Below, one piece after another: positions 10,196-20,528 of a stretch of 56,844 bases of DNA. Origin of the DNA: a virus (Duplodnaviria > Caudoviricetes); IMG/VR virus record IMGVR_UViG_3300002307_001210, positions 1 to 56,844 of that record. One strand, 5' to 3'. Position 1 is the first letter of the stretch. Each line of letters starts with the position of its first letter. Below the pieces are notes generated by a model. It was not told the DNA's origin and made no database searches. It worked only from the letters and a program-made list of their open reading frames with translations. The position numbers were made by a program, and so were the translations under genes.

Positions 10196-11446
10196 ATGAA
10201 TTTAAATACAGATGAGAATCAAAAACTTGCTCGTGAAAAGGCTCATGCAACTCCACTAGACGAGTTTAACATGATTAATCCATCGCTATTTCAAAGTAAT
10301 ACACATTGGCATTACTTTGAGAGGCTGAGAAAAGAAGATCCGGTTCATTACTGCAAAGAGAGTCCTGTAGGACCGTATTGGTCTATTACTAAGTTTAATG
10401 ACATAATGCAGGTTGATACGAATCATAGCGTATTTTCATCAGAGCCTTCAATTGTTGTTCTAGACCCAGAAGAAACATTTCGTCTTCCGATGTTCATAGC
10501 TATGGATCCTCCTAAACATGATGCTCAACGCAAAGTAGTAAGTCCTATTGTTGCACCTCATAATCTAGCAAACCTTGAGCCATTGATCAGAGAGCGTGCA
10601 GGAAAGATATTAGACGAACTCCCCCTGAATGAGACATTTGACTGGGTAGACCGTGTTTCTATTGAGTTGACCACTCAGATGTTAGCTACTTTATTTGATT
10701 TTCCTTGGGAAGACCGCCGCAAACTCACATACTGGTCTGACATCGCAACTTCAGGGGAAGGCAACCCGTTGTTTGTTTCAGTAGAGCATCGCCGAGAACA
10801 ATTAATGGAATGTGCTGCGTATTTCACTCGCCTCTGGAATGAGAGGGTGAATGAGGAACCAAAAGGTGATCTCATCTCTATGCTAGCACACGGTGAATCT
10901 ACCCGAAATATGGATATCATGGAATATCTTGGTAATCTTATTCTTCTGATAGTCGGAGGCAATGATACTACGAGAAATTCTATAACGGGTGGCCTACTCT
11001 TCCTCAATCAGAATCCACAAGAATATCAAAAGCTAAAAGCTAACCCTGAGTTAATCACGAGCATGATTCCAGAAATAATCCGGTATCAGACGCCACTGGC
11101 ATATATGCGTAGGACTGCTACGGTAGACACTGAATTAGGTGGAAAGATTATCCGTAAAGGTGATAAAGTTCTTATGTGGTATATATCAGGAAACCGAGAC
11201 GAAGAAATCATTGAAAATGCTGATGCATTCATTATTGATCGCGAACGCCCTAGACAGCATCTATCGTTTGGATTTGGTATCCATCGCTGCGTAGGCAATC
11301 GTCTAGCTGAATTACAGCTTAAAATACTTTGGGAAGAGATTCTCAAGAGATGGGATTTACCTCAGGTAGTAGGAGATCCTAAATATGTTTATTCTAGCTT
11401 CGTCAAAGGATACGAGAGTCTACCGGTTAGAATAAATACTATATAG
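10196..11446 (+). CDS. Cytochrome P450, CYP153-like
   Basis: Heme motif FGFGIHRCVG, I-helix LLIVGGNDTT, EIIR (ExxR), and MFIAMDPPKHD typical of CYP153. Confidence 0.9.
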   Translation: MNLNTDENQKLAREKAHATPLDEFNMINPSLFQSNTHWHYFERLRKEDPVHYCKESPVGPYWSITKFNDIMQVDTNHSVFSSEPSIVVLDPEETFRLPMFIAMDPPKHDAQRKVVSPIVAPHNLANLEPLIRERAGKILDELPLNETFDWVDRVSIELTTQMLATLFDFPWEDRRKLTYWSDIATSGEGNPLFVSVEHRREQLMECAAYFTRLWNERVNEEPKGDLISMLAHGESTRNMDIMEYLGNLILLIVGGNDTTRNSITGGLLFLNQNPQEYQKLKANPELITSMIPEIIRYQTPLAYMRRTATVDTELGGKIIRKGDKVLMWYISGNRDEEIIENADAFIIDRERPRQHLSFGFGIHRCVGNRLAELQLKILWEEILKRWDLPQVVGDPKYVYSSFVKGYESLPVRINTI

Positions 11447-11463
11447 ACTATAGGATCAAATCA

Positions 11464-12999
11464 ATGAAAATCAATGACATCTACGAAAGCACAACATCTG
11501 GCTCTGTCGCTACGGTAGCACAACCAATGACGGGCGGCGCATTAAAGCGTGTTGGCCAAGGTGTCTATGGTAAAGAAAAGGGCGGCAATCTACTAACTGG
11601 TAAGAAGACCAGCAAGAAGTATGCTAATAGCCTCTCTGAAGCAGCCGATAATTTTTCTGGGGAAGATGTTCATGTCATCTACATAGATGGAAAACCAGTA
11701 ACTAAATCTAAATCAGAACAAGATGCTAAGTTTGATGTAGCAATCATGAAGAAGAAGCACCCAAATAAGAAATATGAGATCAAGAAAGAAGTCCGCGAAG
11801 ATGAACTCCAGGAAGATGATTTGATCCTACTTCCTGGATCAGGTCTCTCGCAGAGAACAGGATTCACCCAACATGATCCAGATCGTGCAGAGCATGAAGG
11901 TGAGACATTAAAGAATAGCCTTCGTACCATCGTTCGTGTGGCATCTGATCTGAATAAGAGATTAGACAATCAAGATCATTTCCCAGAATGGGTATCAGAA
12001 AAAGTCGGTGCTATCAAAAGCATGATGACAAGTGTGATGCAATATCTCGCAAGCGAGCAAGAAGCTGGACATGGTCTTGCCGAACATGAAATGGCTGATA
12101 CAAGAACATCAACGAACAGAACAGGCGATGAAATCACTTCAGAACATGATGATGCTTATGCAACATTGAAGAGAATAGCACCAAGAATCTATCGCTATAT
12201 TCGCAATGAAGCTCCGATACCGATTGATCCAATCCAGACACTTCAAGCTTTCCGTATGACACGTGGAAACGAAGGACAACTATTAAGCATGTTCAAATCT
12301 CAGATAGCAGCAGACACTGAAGAGCAATATGGTAAAGATCATCCATCATTAGCAGAAAGCATGAGACAGTTCCTGAATAATCTCCTAAATGAATCAACCG
12401 GCGGTGTTATTGCAGGAGGCGGAGTTGGTGAATCTCGCAAACCAAAAGGTGAGGGAATGTGGGTTGGAGTAGAAGCATACGGTGTTAAGGGAATGAATTC
12501 AACGCCGTGGAGGAAGAAGTTTAAGAGCCAAGAGGCATTTGAGAAATGGTTAGATCAGACCGCCGGCGATGTTGAGGTATTAGGTACTAGAGAAGTAGAA
12601 TTGCATGAAGCCTCAGACCCGATCGCAAAAAGAGTTACTACTGGAAGACACGGCGGGAATGATGCAAATAGTTGGGCGGTATTTGTTGATGGTAAACCAG
12701 CGATGACAGGTTTATCAAAAAGAGAATTACCGCACAGAAAAGAACAGGTAATGAAGAGAATTAGTGAGAAACCAGGTCTTACTGGTAGCGACATGAAAGA
12801 AAGCAAAGTAGACGAACTCTCTGATATCAAACGCCTCAGCGGTGTTGGTGAAGGTAAGAAGGCTGACCGTATGGTAAAGCATGTTGAGAAATCTGAAGAA
12901 AAAGCAGGCAAGTCAAAGAAAGAAGCTGAGAATATTGCTTGGAGTACGCTAAACAAAAGAGGTTACCTAGATAACAAGAATCACATCAAAGGCAAGTAA
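11464..12999 (+). CDS. Modular hypothetical protein, probable protease-processed internal head protein
   Basis: MKINDIYES leader, many L/V-x-E junctions, internally repeated DGKP modules, late promoter at 11432. Confidence 0.5.
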   Translation: MKINDIYESTTSGSVATVAQPMTGGALKRVGQGVYGKEKGGNLLTGKKTSKKYANSLSEAADNFSGEDVHVIYIDGKPVTKSKSEQDAKFDVAIMKKKHPNKKYEIKKEVREDELQEDDLILLPGSGLSQRTGFTQHDPDRAEHEGETLKNSLRTIVRVASDLNKRLDNQDHFPEWVSEKVGAIKSMMTSVMQYLASEQEAGHGLAEHEMADTRTSTNRTGDEITSEHDDAYATLKRIAPRIYRYIRNEAPIPIDPIQTLQAFRMTRGNEGQLLSMFKSQIAADTEEQYGKDHPSLAESMRQFLNNLLNESTGGVIAGGGVGESRKPKGEGMWVGVEAYGVKGMNSTPWRKKFKSQEAFEKWLDQTAGDVEVLGTREVELHEASDPIAKRVTTGRHGGNDANSWAVFVDGKPAMTGLSKRELPHRKEQVMKRISEKPGLTGSDMKESKVDELSDIKRLSGVGEGKKADRMVKHVEKSEEKAGKSKKEAENIAWSTLNKRGYLDNKNHIKGK

Positions 13000-13000
13000 T

Positions 13001-15742
13001 ATGAGTTCTATCCTTAAAGGATTGATGCGAGAGAATGGTAAACGCACTATAAAGAGCGTTGCTGATGAAATCGCGAGTTATATTGGTGATGATCCTAGTG
13101 ATTCTGCCATCGTTGATGCCGTTGAAGGTGAAGCGAAGATACATGGCTTTGATCCAGCAGACCTCTTTGACGCTGTATACGATCACTTTAGACACTATAT
13201 TGATGAGAATCTGCACAAATGGTTCAAAGAAAAGTGGGTAAGATTTGGCCCCGATGGTAAAATTCGCGGTGATTGTGCTAGAGGAAGTGACAGCGAAGGT
13301 AAGCCTAAGTGTTTGCCGCAATCAAAAGCACACAATCTAGGTAAGACGGGTCGCAAGTATGCAGCTTCAAAGAAGCGCAGAGAAGATCCCAATCCAGATC
13401 GTCATGGCAAGGCTAAGAATGTAGCTACTAAGAAAAAGTCCAACGAAGATATTTCGCACTTGGATGAAAAGTGGAGTGCAAAATACAAGAGCAGCATCAA
13501 TTGCTCGCATCCTAAAGGCTTCAGTCAAAAGGCTCATTGTGCTGGTAAAAAGAAACACAATGAAAGCATAGAGATGGAAATGACTTGCGAAGATTGTGGT
13601 ATGTGCCAGACTCACGGAAATCACACTCGCGATACATTGGATGAGGCCTGCTGGAAAGGCTATCACAAAGAAGGTAACAAAGAACTATTCGGCAAGACTG
13701 TTCCTAACTGTGTGAAGAATGAAGGTGTGGCGGAAGGCTCGGAACCTGATGCTTATGGTAGAACCGGCGAAGAACACGAATGCGGTGCGTGCCACGGTAG
13801 TGGGCAAGAATATGGTGAAACTTGTGTGACTTGTGGAGGTAAAGGATGGGTAAAAGATGAACAAGGTGTGGCGGAAGAAAAATGCCCGCATTGTGGTGGT
13901 GAGTTAGTCAGCGAAGAGATGATCAATGAAAAGCAAGATGCATGTTATCGTAAGGTCAAGAGTCGCTACAAAGTCTGGCCAAGTGCTTATGCATCCGGCG
14001 CTTTAGTTCAGTGCCGTAAGAAAGGTGCCAGTAACTGGGGCAATGGTGGCAAGAAGAACGAGAGTTCCATCATGCAAGGCATAGTGGATGAAGAATGGAC
14101 TCATGGGCATGAACATGTTGATGAGATTAATAATCATATAAGTGCCAATGATCAGAAAATAGGATACGCAGACGGTTTAAAAGGTATTCCGAGAAGAAAA
14201 GATAATAGGATATACAAACTTGGCTATATTCAAGGATTGGCTGTGGTTGCTAAAAAGCGATCACCTAAAATGTTTGAGCTGGGTTATAATGATGGTATGA
14301 GCAGTAAGCCACCCGCAAGTAATAATCAATATTACATCATCGGATACAATACCGGACAAATTTACACAAGAGTCAGCAACCCGTACACTGATGTATCTAA
14401 AAATAAACCAGATAAAAATGTTCACTATATTGATGATATTGACGAAGACTACACTGGAATAGAATCAGGTCCCAGCACCGGGCCGTTCACCGCAGAGAAG
14501 ACTCCTGCAATCAATCCATACGGTGGCATGAAAGATAAGAAGTATCGCGGCGCTATCGGTGAAGGTATTCTATCTGAGATGCCAGATACTTCGGGTCCAG
14601 TTGGAGTTCAACCAGGTGGACGGAGAACATACAGACCAAAGCCAGCAGGAACCGATATGAAAAAAGAGAGTTCAATATTGAAGGGGTTGATGCGAGAAGA
14701 AGAGAGCATCAAGTCAAATAATCCAGTGGGTATTCCTGAAGATGAAGAGATGAATGAAGACGATGACTTTGATTTTGACTATTCATCGCCACCTCCAAAG
14801 AAGAAAAAGAGCACTATATACGGACCCAACACAAATCAAGTTAAGGCGTTTGTTCGTCATACGGAGAGTATGACACCTGACCAATGGAATAATGTAGGTG
14901 ATCTCGTCGGCAGGGGATATGCCGATCGTGATGATTATGTTAATGACGTGTTTGCGGCCAGTTTGGCCGCCCGCAGAATTGACCGCAAGGCTTATAAAAA
15001 GACGGACTTATTAAGTTTCGGTGCCTCCGAACAATACCACGTTCGCACTGCAGCCAGGGCAGCCTCCTGGGAAATAATAGGTGCTGATGCAATGCATGAA
15101 TTAGGTTACCCATTCGTCTTCCTACCAATGTTTGGCTTTGATAGCCCGGATGATATTCCCGGCGCCGTTGATTTAGAAGAGGTCAGTGCTACTGGTCAAG
15201 GTGGCGGGTCTGCTGGTATCGGTGGTGGTTCAATGGTAGGTGGTCCAACAACCTACGAACAAGAATATGGTATGTTTAAAAAAAAAGGGCCCCGTCGCGT
15301 GACAGCGATGACTAATGAAGCACTAGATTCCCAGCCATATAAGTATACTTTTCACCAACTATATATTGATCAATTCAACTATGAGTTCACCACTGAGAAT
15401 AATCTACACTATGAAACAATAATAGAACTAATGTCATTCGTGCCGAACTCTGCGGTCGATGTCGTGTTCAATATGACAGATGAAACCGGTGAACATCATA
15501 TTGGTATTAAAAACACCGGTAATGCTCGTAGGGTGTTCGCTACGGTCATTGATATTGTCAAGAAGTATGCTGCTAGCAAAAAACCAACGGAAATCATATT
15601 TACTGCCTCTAATAAAGAACCTAGTAGGATTCGTCTTTATGATGCGTTCATTAAGAGACTAGACAGAGAACTACCTGATTATGAAATTACCCCTGACAAC
15701 CCTAAGGGATATTATGTTCTGAAAAGAAAAGAAGGCAAATGA
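13001..15742 (+). CDS. Large modular polyprotein-like hypothetical protein
   Basis: Short basic or Cys-rich modules separated by xxE linkers (IDE, LDE, VAE, INE). Repeated SSILKGLMRE. Confidence 0.5.
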   Translation: MSSILKGLMRENGKRTIKSVADEIASYIGDDPSDSAIVDAVEGEAKIHGFDPADLFDAVYDHFRHYIDENLHKWFKEKWVRFGPDGKIRGDCARGSDSEGKPKCLPQSKAHNLGKTGRKYAASKKRREDPNPDRHGKAKNVATKKKSNEDISHLDEKWSAKYKSSINCSHPKGFSQKAHCAGKKKHNESIEMEMTCEDCGMCQTHGNHTRDTLDEACWKGYHKEGNKELFGKTVPNCVKNEGVAEGSEPDAYGRTGEEHECGACHGSGQEYGETCVTCGGKGWVKDEQGVAEEKCPHCGGELVSEEMINEKQDACYRKVKSRYKVWPSAYASGALVQCRKKGASNWGNGGKKNESSIMQGIVDEEWTHGHEHVDEINNHISANDQKIGYADGLKGIPRRKDNRIYKLGYIQGLAVVAKKRSPKMFELGYNDGMSSKPPASNNQYYIIGYNTGQIYTRVSNPYTDVSKNKPDKNVHYIDDIDEDYTGIESGPSTGPFTAEKTPAINPYGGMKDKKYRGAIGEGILSEMPDTSGPVGVQPGGRRTYRPKPAGTDMKKESSILKGLMREEESIKSNNPVGIPEDEEMNEDDDFDFDYSSPPPKKKKSTIYGPNTNQVKAFVRHTESMTPDQWNNVGDLVGRGYADRDDYVNDVFAASLAARRIDRKAYKKTDLLSFGASEQYHVRTAARAASWEIIGADAMHELGYPFVFLPMFGFDSPDDIPGAVDLEEVSATGQGGGSAGIGGGSMVGGPTTYEQEYGMFKKKGPRRVTAMTNEALDSQPYKYTFHQLYIDQFNYEFTTENNLHYETIIELMSFVPNSAVDVVFNMTDETGEHHIGIKNTGNARRVFATVIDIVKKYAASKKPTEIIFTASNKEPSRIRLYDAFIKRLDRELPDYEITPDNPKGYYVLKRKEGK

Positions 15743-15885
15743 TGTCACATCTAACAGATGTAAATAAAACCTACTCGCAACATCTATTACATGCATGGAA
15801 GATTGCAGCAATACTCATAGTTCACGGTATTATTCCGAATATCTGGAAAACAAAAGCTAGCGATATTATTAATGATATCTCCTAA
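15739..15885 (+). CDS. Small hypothetical protein (48 aa)
   Basis: Manual translation MMSHLTDVNKTYSQHLLHAWKIAAILIVHGIIP..., ATGA-coupled. Confidence 0.5.
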   Translation: MMSHLTDVNKTYSQHLLHAWKIAAILIVHGIIPNIWKTKASDIINDIS

Positions 15886-15971
15886 AGGAAAACATTAGAT
15901 AGTGATATCCTTAGCGATATTCTTAGCGATCTTGAACGCAAATGAATAAATAGACTATAGGAATATTTAAC

Positions 15972-16412
15972 ATGTTAGCAGACAACCTAAAGACACTATT
16001 GGGAAGCACCTTTGTTATCTATACGAAGACGCACGGTTTCCACTGGAATATAGAAGGAAGCGACTTCCCTCAATACCATGAATTTCTAAAAAATATGTAT
16101 GAAGAGATTTATGAGAGTATTGACACTATCGCAGAATATATCAGGACACTGGGATCATATTCACCCGGTAGTCTCGCACGGATGCTAGAGTTGAGTATCA
16201 TTGAAGAACAATACAAGATTCCAAGAGCAGAATTGATGCTAGCAGAGTTGTTAGACGATGTTGATAAGATGACCACTCTAGTTACGGACATGTTTGACGT
16301 TGCTACGAATGAGCGGGCACAAGGAATAGCCAATTACCTAGCAGAGTTACAGGATCTCTACACCAAGAAAGCTTGGATGCTGAGAGCAACACTCAATAAG
16401 AAGAGAGCCTAA
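15972..16412 (+). CDS. dps: Dps / ferritin-like DNA protection protein
   Basis: KTHGFHWNIEGSDFPQYH and DTIAEYIR ferroxidase signature, plus WML tail. Confidence 0.9.
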   Translation: MLADNLKTLLGSTFVIYTKTHGFHWNIEGSDFPQYHEFLKNMYEEIYESIDTIAEYIRTLGSYSPGSLARMLELSIIEEQYKIPRAELMLAELLDDVDKMTTLVTDMFDVATNERAQGIANYLAELQDLYTKKAWMLRATLNKKRA

Positions 16413-16413
16413 T

Positions 16414-17418
16414 ATGCGTAGTAGAGAATTATACAAAAAACCAGTGTCATTGAGAGTTGCTGACACCGATCCAGCCCGTGCGATGTTTCATAAGGCCATG
16501 GGACATATACTCGGCGAGATGCTAGAAGAAGATTCTACTATCGGAGACACTGTCCGCAGCAGCCCATACTCTGATGTGCTTGTTCGTGCAGTTCATGAAA
16601 AACTAAAGATACCACACGACCAAAAATGGGTGAAAACCCAAAAAGTCAGTTGGAAAGATGTCAAGGCTATATCACCGAACTTCGTGATACTTGCCGGATC
16701 TAGGGGAACTGCTGCCATCAGATGGAACGGCCGAAATGATCAGTGGTATGTCGTCACAGCCACTGGAGCTGGCCTACATCCTTATACTAATAGTAGCATC
16801 AACGCAGTGATGCAAGATGTAAAAGAAGACATCGGCATGATCACTGGATCATACGAAGCCGATCCTGAAGGGAAACGCAGAGCCTGGCGCGGTTCATCCA
16901 ATGATGATTCAGGCGAGGTTGATGTAACAAGAGCGGCACGCAAAAAAGCACGGACGATATCCAATCCGAACATGTTAGACCCTGCTGCTGGCCAGAACCA
17001 AAACATGGCTGCAATTCAAAATAAGTTGCGTCCGCTATATGTGAAATACATTGAACAGGCAATGGCGGATGTAAAGGGTGTGATCGGTATGCAACTCAAA
17101 GCAGATGCACATGATCGTGCTTTACAAAAAATAAACATATTGAGAAGTCTAAAAGCTATGTCTGATCGCATTAAGAATAATCCCGATGACATACCATCTG
17201 ATATAATGGACAGACTGAAACCTGCATTACTTATGACAGCCGCATATTTTTATCCGGACGAGACAGGTGACATTACTAGAAACCAATACGGCAGCATAAC
17301 TCCAGAATCACATGAAGGCGCTAGGCGTGTTGTAAAAGACATAGCAAAAGGTGATGTTAAGAAATTAGCCACAATGATGAATTTCTTTAAACAATCATTG
17401 CTACATCATATGCGATAA
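16414..17418 (+). CDS. Hypothetical protein
   Basis: 334-aa ORF in the late operon. Confidence 0.55.
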   Translation: MRSRELYKKPVSLRVADTDPARAMFHKAMGHILGEMLEEDSTIGDTVRSSPYSDVLVRAVHEKLKIPHDQKWVKTQKVSWKDVKAISPNFVILAGSRGTAAIRWNGRNDQWYVVTATGAGLHPYTNSSINAVMQDVKEDIGMITGSYEADPEGKRRAWRGSSNDDSGEVDVTRAARKKARTISNPNMLDPAAGQNQNMAAIQNKLRPLYVKYIEQAMADVKGVIGMQLKADAHDRALQKINILRSLKAMSDRIKNNPDDIPSDIMDRLKPALLMTAAYFYPDETGDITRNQYGSITPESHEGARRVVKDIAKGDVKKLATMMNFFKQSLLHHMR

Positions 17419-18441
17419 ATGGATCATAAAATGAGAACACTATCAGAAGCGAACTACGGAGAAAAAATTCTCAAAGACCCTAGACTAACAAAGATGTTGG
17501 CTCTTGCGGTGAAACACGATCACACCTTCCCATTAGCACCGCTAGCAAAATTGGGCCCTAATCCAAAAGATGAGGATGTGGTTAAGCTATGGAGCCAGTT
17601 GTTAGATAAAACACTGGCCAATACTAACTACGGCGATCTATCAAGAGAAGGCAAGTTTGATGCCTGGTTGACACGACTCTATGCAACTCATGTTAATGAT
17701 TATGAAGAGATTAACGGTGAAGGCGGAGACGCACTAGGTTCTTGGAAAGCACTACAAACTCATAGACTATTGCTACCTAGAGATCAAGATTTCAATAGAT
17801 TCACTAGTGTAAAAGAGTTACAAAAAACAGTCAGAAAGCCAGTTTACCTGGAAGCATTGAGAAAGATTGCTGACCAAGAAAAAACAGAAGCGATGAAGCG
17901 TGATGCTCGGCAGATCGTGCTTATTGACGATGACAAGTATTATATAACAGTGCCACTTAACTATGGTTCATGCTACGTATTCAGTCATGGTATGGGAGTG
18001 TCAGCTAGTTATTGTACTGGAAGTAGTAGTGGACTGAGTTGGTTTACCCGCTATTCTAAAGACGGGCCGATGATAGACGTCCTTTCTAAAGATAATATGG
18101 AAGATAAGAACGGCAAATGGCAGTTTCACAGTGCTACTAAGCAATTAAAGAATGCGAACCAGGATTCTCGTAGTTGGGGCGAAGCGGTAACTGATGACTC
18201 TGAATTCGCAAAATACTTTCCTGGAGTATTGAAAAAGATTATTCATGCATTAGAAACACATGCTGAACAGTTGAAGAATTCATCTAAGGATATCTCACAA
18301 GATGGTTGGAATATTCCTGAAGAAATAGATCGTCTCAAGGCTAGATATCCGTTATCTTATAATAGCAGTGCAGGAAAAGATTCTGATAAAGAAGCATCTG
18401 AAGAAGATATTAATCACCTATTCGGCCGTGACAGAGGATAA
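17419..18441 (+). CDS. Hypothetical protein, paralog-like of the next gene
   Basis: Shares WL.R.Y, D.NRF, VP..Y/WCT and K.Q.H motifs with 18450-19817. Confidence 0.55.
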   Translation: MDHKMRTLSEANYGEKILKDPRLTKMLALAVKHDHTFPLAPLAKLGPNPKDEDVVKLWSQLLDKTLANTNYGDLSREGKFDAWLTRLYATHVNDYEEINGEGGDALGSWKALQTHRLLLPRDQDFNRFTSVKELQKTVRKPVYLEALRKIADQEKTEAMKRDARQIVLIDDDKYYITVPLNYGSCYVFSHGMGVSASYCTGSSSGLSWFTRYSKDGPMIDVLSKDNMEDKNGKWQFHSATKQLKNANQDSRSWGEAVTDDSEFAKYFPGVLKKIIHALETHAEQLKNSSKDISQDGWNIPEEIDRLKARYPLSYNSSAGKDSDKEASEEDINHLFGRDRG

Positions 18442-18449
18442 TTCTAATC

Positions 18450-19817
18450 ATGCGGGCCCGGGAATTCCTATTTGAGTATGATCGTAAGAAAACCGCTCAA
18501 ACAATCTCTGGAAGCGAGAAAGCTGAAAAAGCTGTAATCGCAGATCGCGGCGATATGGGTCCTCTTGATCAGGTGCGAAGCAGTCTGATAAGTCTTCAGA
18601 TGGGTAGACCCATAACTATTCCAGGTGCTCAACCTGCATTTACTCCGCCTTCCGATTACCGAGAAAAGGCTGGCCCCCTCATCAAAGATCCTGCAGTTAG
18701 AGAGAAATTTCTAGAAGACTTGCTGAGTGTCATTGAAACAAAAGATCCTACTCCAAATAAACAATATACACCTTGGTTAGCAAGAATGTATATCAATGGC
18801 GGTGTCAAGTTAGAAGACCTGAATCGTGGAAATATACTGGGCATCTACGATATTGGTAAAAGAAGACGTATGATCAAACCAGAAGACGCTGACGTAAATC
18901 GTTTCAAAACTTATAGTAATTTTGAAACTACAATGTGGCAGAACTATGATCTGGATGCTATGGATAATACTGAGAAAAAGGCAGAAGAACAAGGTCAAGC
19001 ATCTAAAGTATTTGAGAACAGTGATGTTCTTGTAGTTGTTCCACATGATGAAGCCGCGGCATGTAAGTATGGCAGAGGCACTCGTTGGTGTACTGCTGCG
19101 ACTAGCGGCCATAATTACTTTGATTCTTATAATAATCAAGATAAACTGTATATTATTATTCCAAAACATCCAAAATATGAAGGTGAGAAATATCAATTAC
19201 ATTTTTATTCAAAACAATTCATGGATGAAGATGACACTGGTGTTTCGCTCACCTTCGTATTTGATCGTTTTCCTGAATTAAAAGAGTTTTTCTTTGAGAA
19301 ACAACCAGAACTTAAAGATTTCATTGAGTTTACTCCGGATGATATACTCCAACCTCTCATTGACAAGATTGCTGAAATGGCTGAGGAAAAAGTATGGGAG
19401 ATCATCAGCGATTGGGAACATAATGATGACTGGTACTATAAAGAGATGCGAGAAAAATACGGTGATGAAGAAGGAGATATTGACTGGGATAGAGTTCATG
19501 AGGGCGGAGATGATTACTTAAAATGGAACGACGAAGCCCGTCGCTTTGAAATTGATATGAATGATGCTATTAGACCAAAGGCGGGGAATTTAAAAAGATG
19601 GATGAATTCCGAGTGGATAGAGGGTGAGGGAGACTGGTCCCTTGAGGGTCTTCCTGAACTTATTGCTGATAGAGTCCGTGAAGAATTTCCTAATAGGAGG
19701 GATCATACCGACTATGGCGTCGCCGCGTTCATACACAGTAAGATTTTTGTTGACAAGCATGGAGAGGATGATAATTGGCGAGTTTTTCGTGTGGCCGATA
19801 GTCACCCATTCAGATGA
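18450..19817 (+). CDS. Hypothetical protein with WCT motif
   Basis: MRAREFLFEY leader; DPTPNKQYTPWL, YGRGTRWCT and KYQLHF motifs. Confidence 0.55.
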   Translation: MRAREFLFEYDRKKTAQTISGSEKAEKAVIADRGDMGPLDQVRSSLISLQMGRPITIPGAQPAFTPPSDYREKAGPLIKDPAVREKFLEDLLSVIETKDPTPNKQYTPWLARMYINGGVKLEDLNRGNILGIYDIGKRRRMIKPEDADVNRFKTYSNFETTMWQNYDLDAMDNTEKKAEEQGQASKVFENSDVLVVVPHDEAAACKYGRGTRWCTAATSGHNYFDSYNNQDKLYIIIPKHPKYEGEKYQLHFYSKQFMDEDDTGVSLTFVFDRFPELKEFFFEKQPELKDFIEFTPDDILQPLIDKIAEMAEEKVWEIISDWEHNDDWYYKEMREKYGDEEGDIDWDRVHEGGDDYLKWNDEARRFEIDMNDAIRPKAGNLKRWMNSEWIEGEGDWSLEGLPELIADRVREEFPNRRDHTDYGVAAFIHSKIFVDKHGEDDNWRVFRVADSHPFR

Positions 19818-20528
19818 ATATAGATGAACTAATCAAAAAGTTATACTTATGAAATTATGGATTTTTGGCCAAAGTATGTGTTTACCATTTAATGTATTAG
19901 ATGCCGAAGGTTGGCCATCGCTATTAAGTAATCAACTTGGTATAGAATATAATAATACTGCACAACCAGGAGCCGATAATTTTTTCATTTATCATTGTTT
20001 TTTAGAAAATCTTAAACTAATTGAAGAAGACGACATTGTTATAATAGGGTGGAGTCATTACTCAAGAAAATCATTTGTATTTGATTGTACCAACACACAA
20101 CATAGAAATACACTAAAAAATAGCCTACATTATAAAACACAAACAAAAGATTTGTTTAGAAGTAGAAATTTAGTACCAAACAGCAAAGATAAATGGTTAA
20201 CCTTGCAACCAATGGATTCAGGAGATACATTTTACGATACATGGTTTAACCACTATTATTCTGATTACGAACAAAAATGTAATTTTCAAAGTTACTTAGA
20301 TAGTGTACAACTACGGGCACCAAAGAAATATATTCCATTTTATTTCAGCAAGGAAAGTGTAAGCAATATTAATACTTTGCCCGGTGAATATATGTTAGAA
20401 TTCACTATTAAAAACAAGGTTGAACTAAGTAACAGCGATTACCATATCAACTCATTAGGTCATTCTTTGTGGGCTAAACTATTATATAATAAAATATAAG
20501 GTCCAGCAGATGAATATAGATGAACTAA
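19811..20528 (+). repeat. 22-bp exact direct repeats bounding an AT-rich gene
   Basis: CAGATGAATATAGATGAACTAA at 19811-19832 and 20507-20528. Confidence 0.85.
19849..20499 (+). CDS. SGNH-hydrolase-like hypothetical protein
   Basis: IFGQSM (GDS-like), PGADN, and C-terminal DYHINSLGH (DxH). Confidence 0.5.
   Translation: MKLWIFGQSMCLPFNVLDAEGWPSLLSNQLGIEYNNTAQPGADNFFIYHCFLENLKLIEEDDIVIIGWSHYSRKSFVFDCTNTQHRNTLKNSLHYKTQTKDLFRSRNLVPNSKDKWLTLQPMDSGDTFYDTWFNHYYSDYEQKCNFQSYLDSVQLRAPKKYIPFYFSKESVSNINTLPGEYMLEFTIKNKVELSNSDYHINSLGHSLWAKLLYNKI

Noticed and set aside
15904-15930. 12-bp tandem repeat (GATATYCTTAGC) in an intergenic gap
   Set aside because: Only about two copies and no supporting context.
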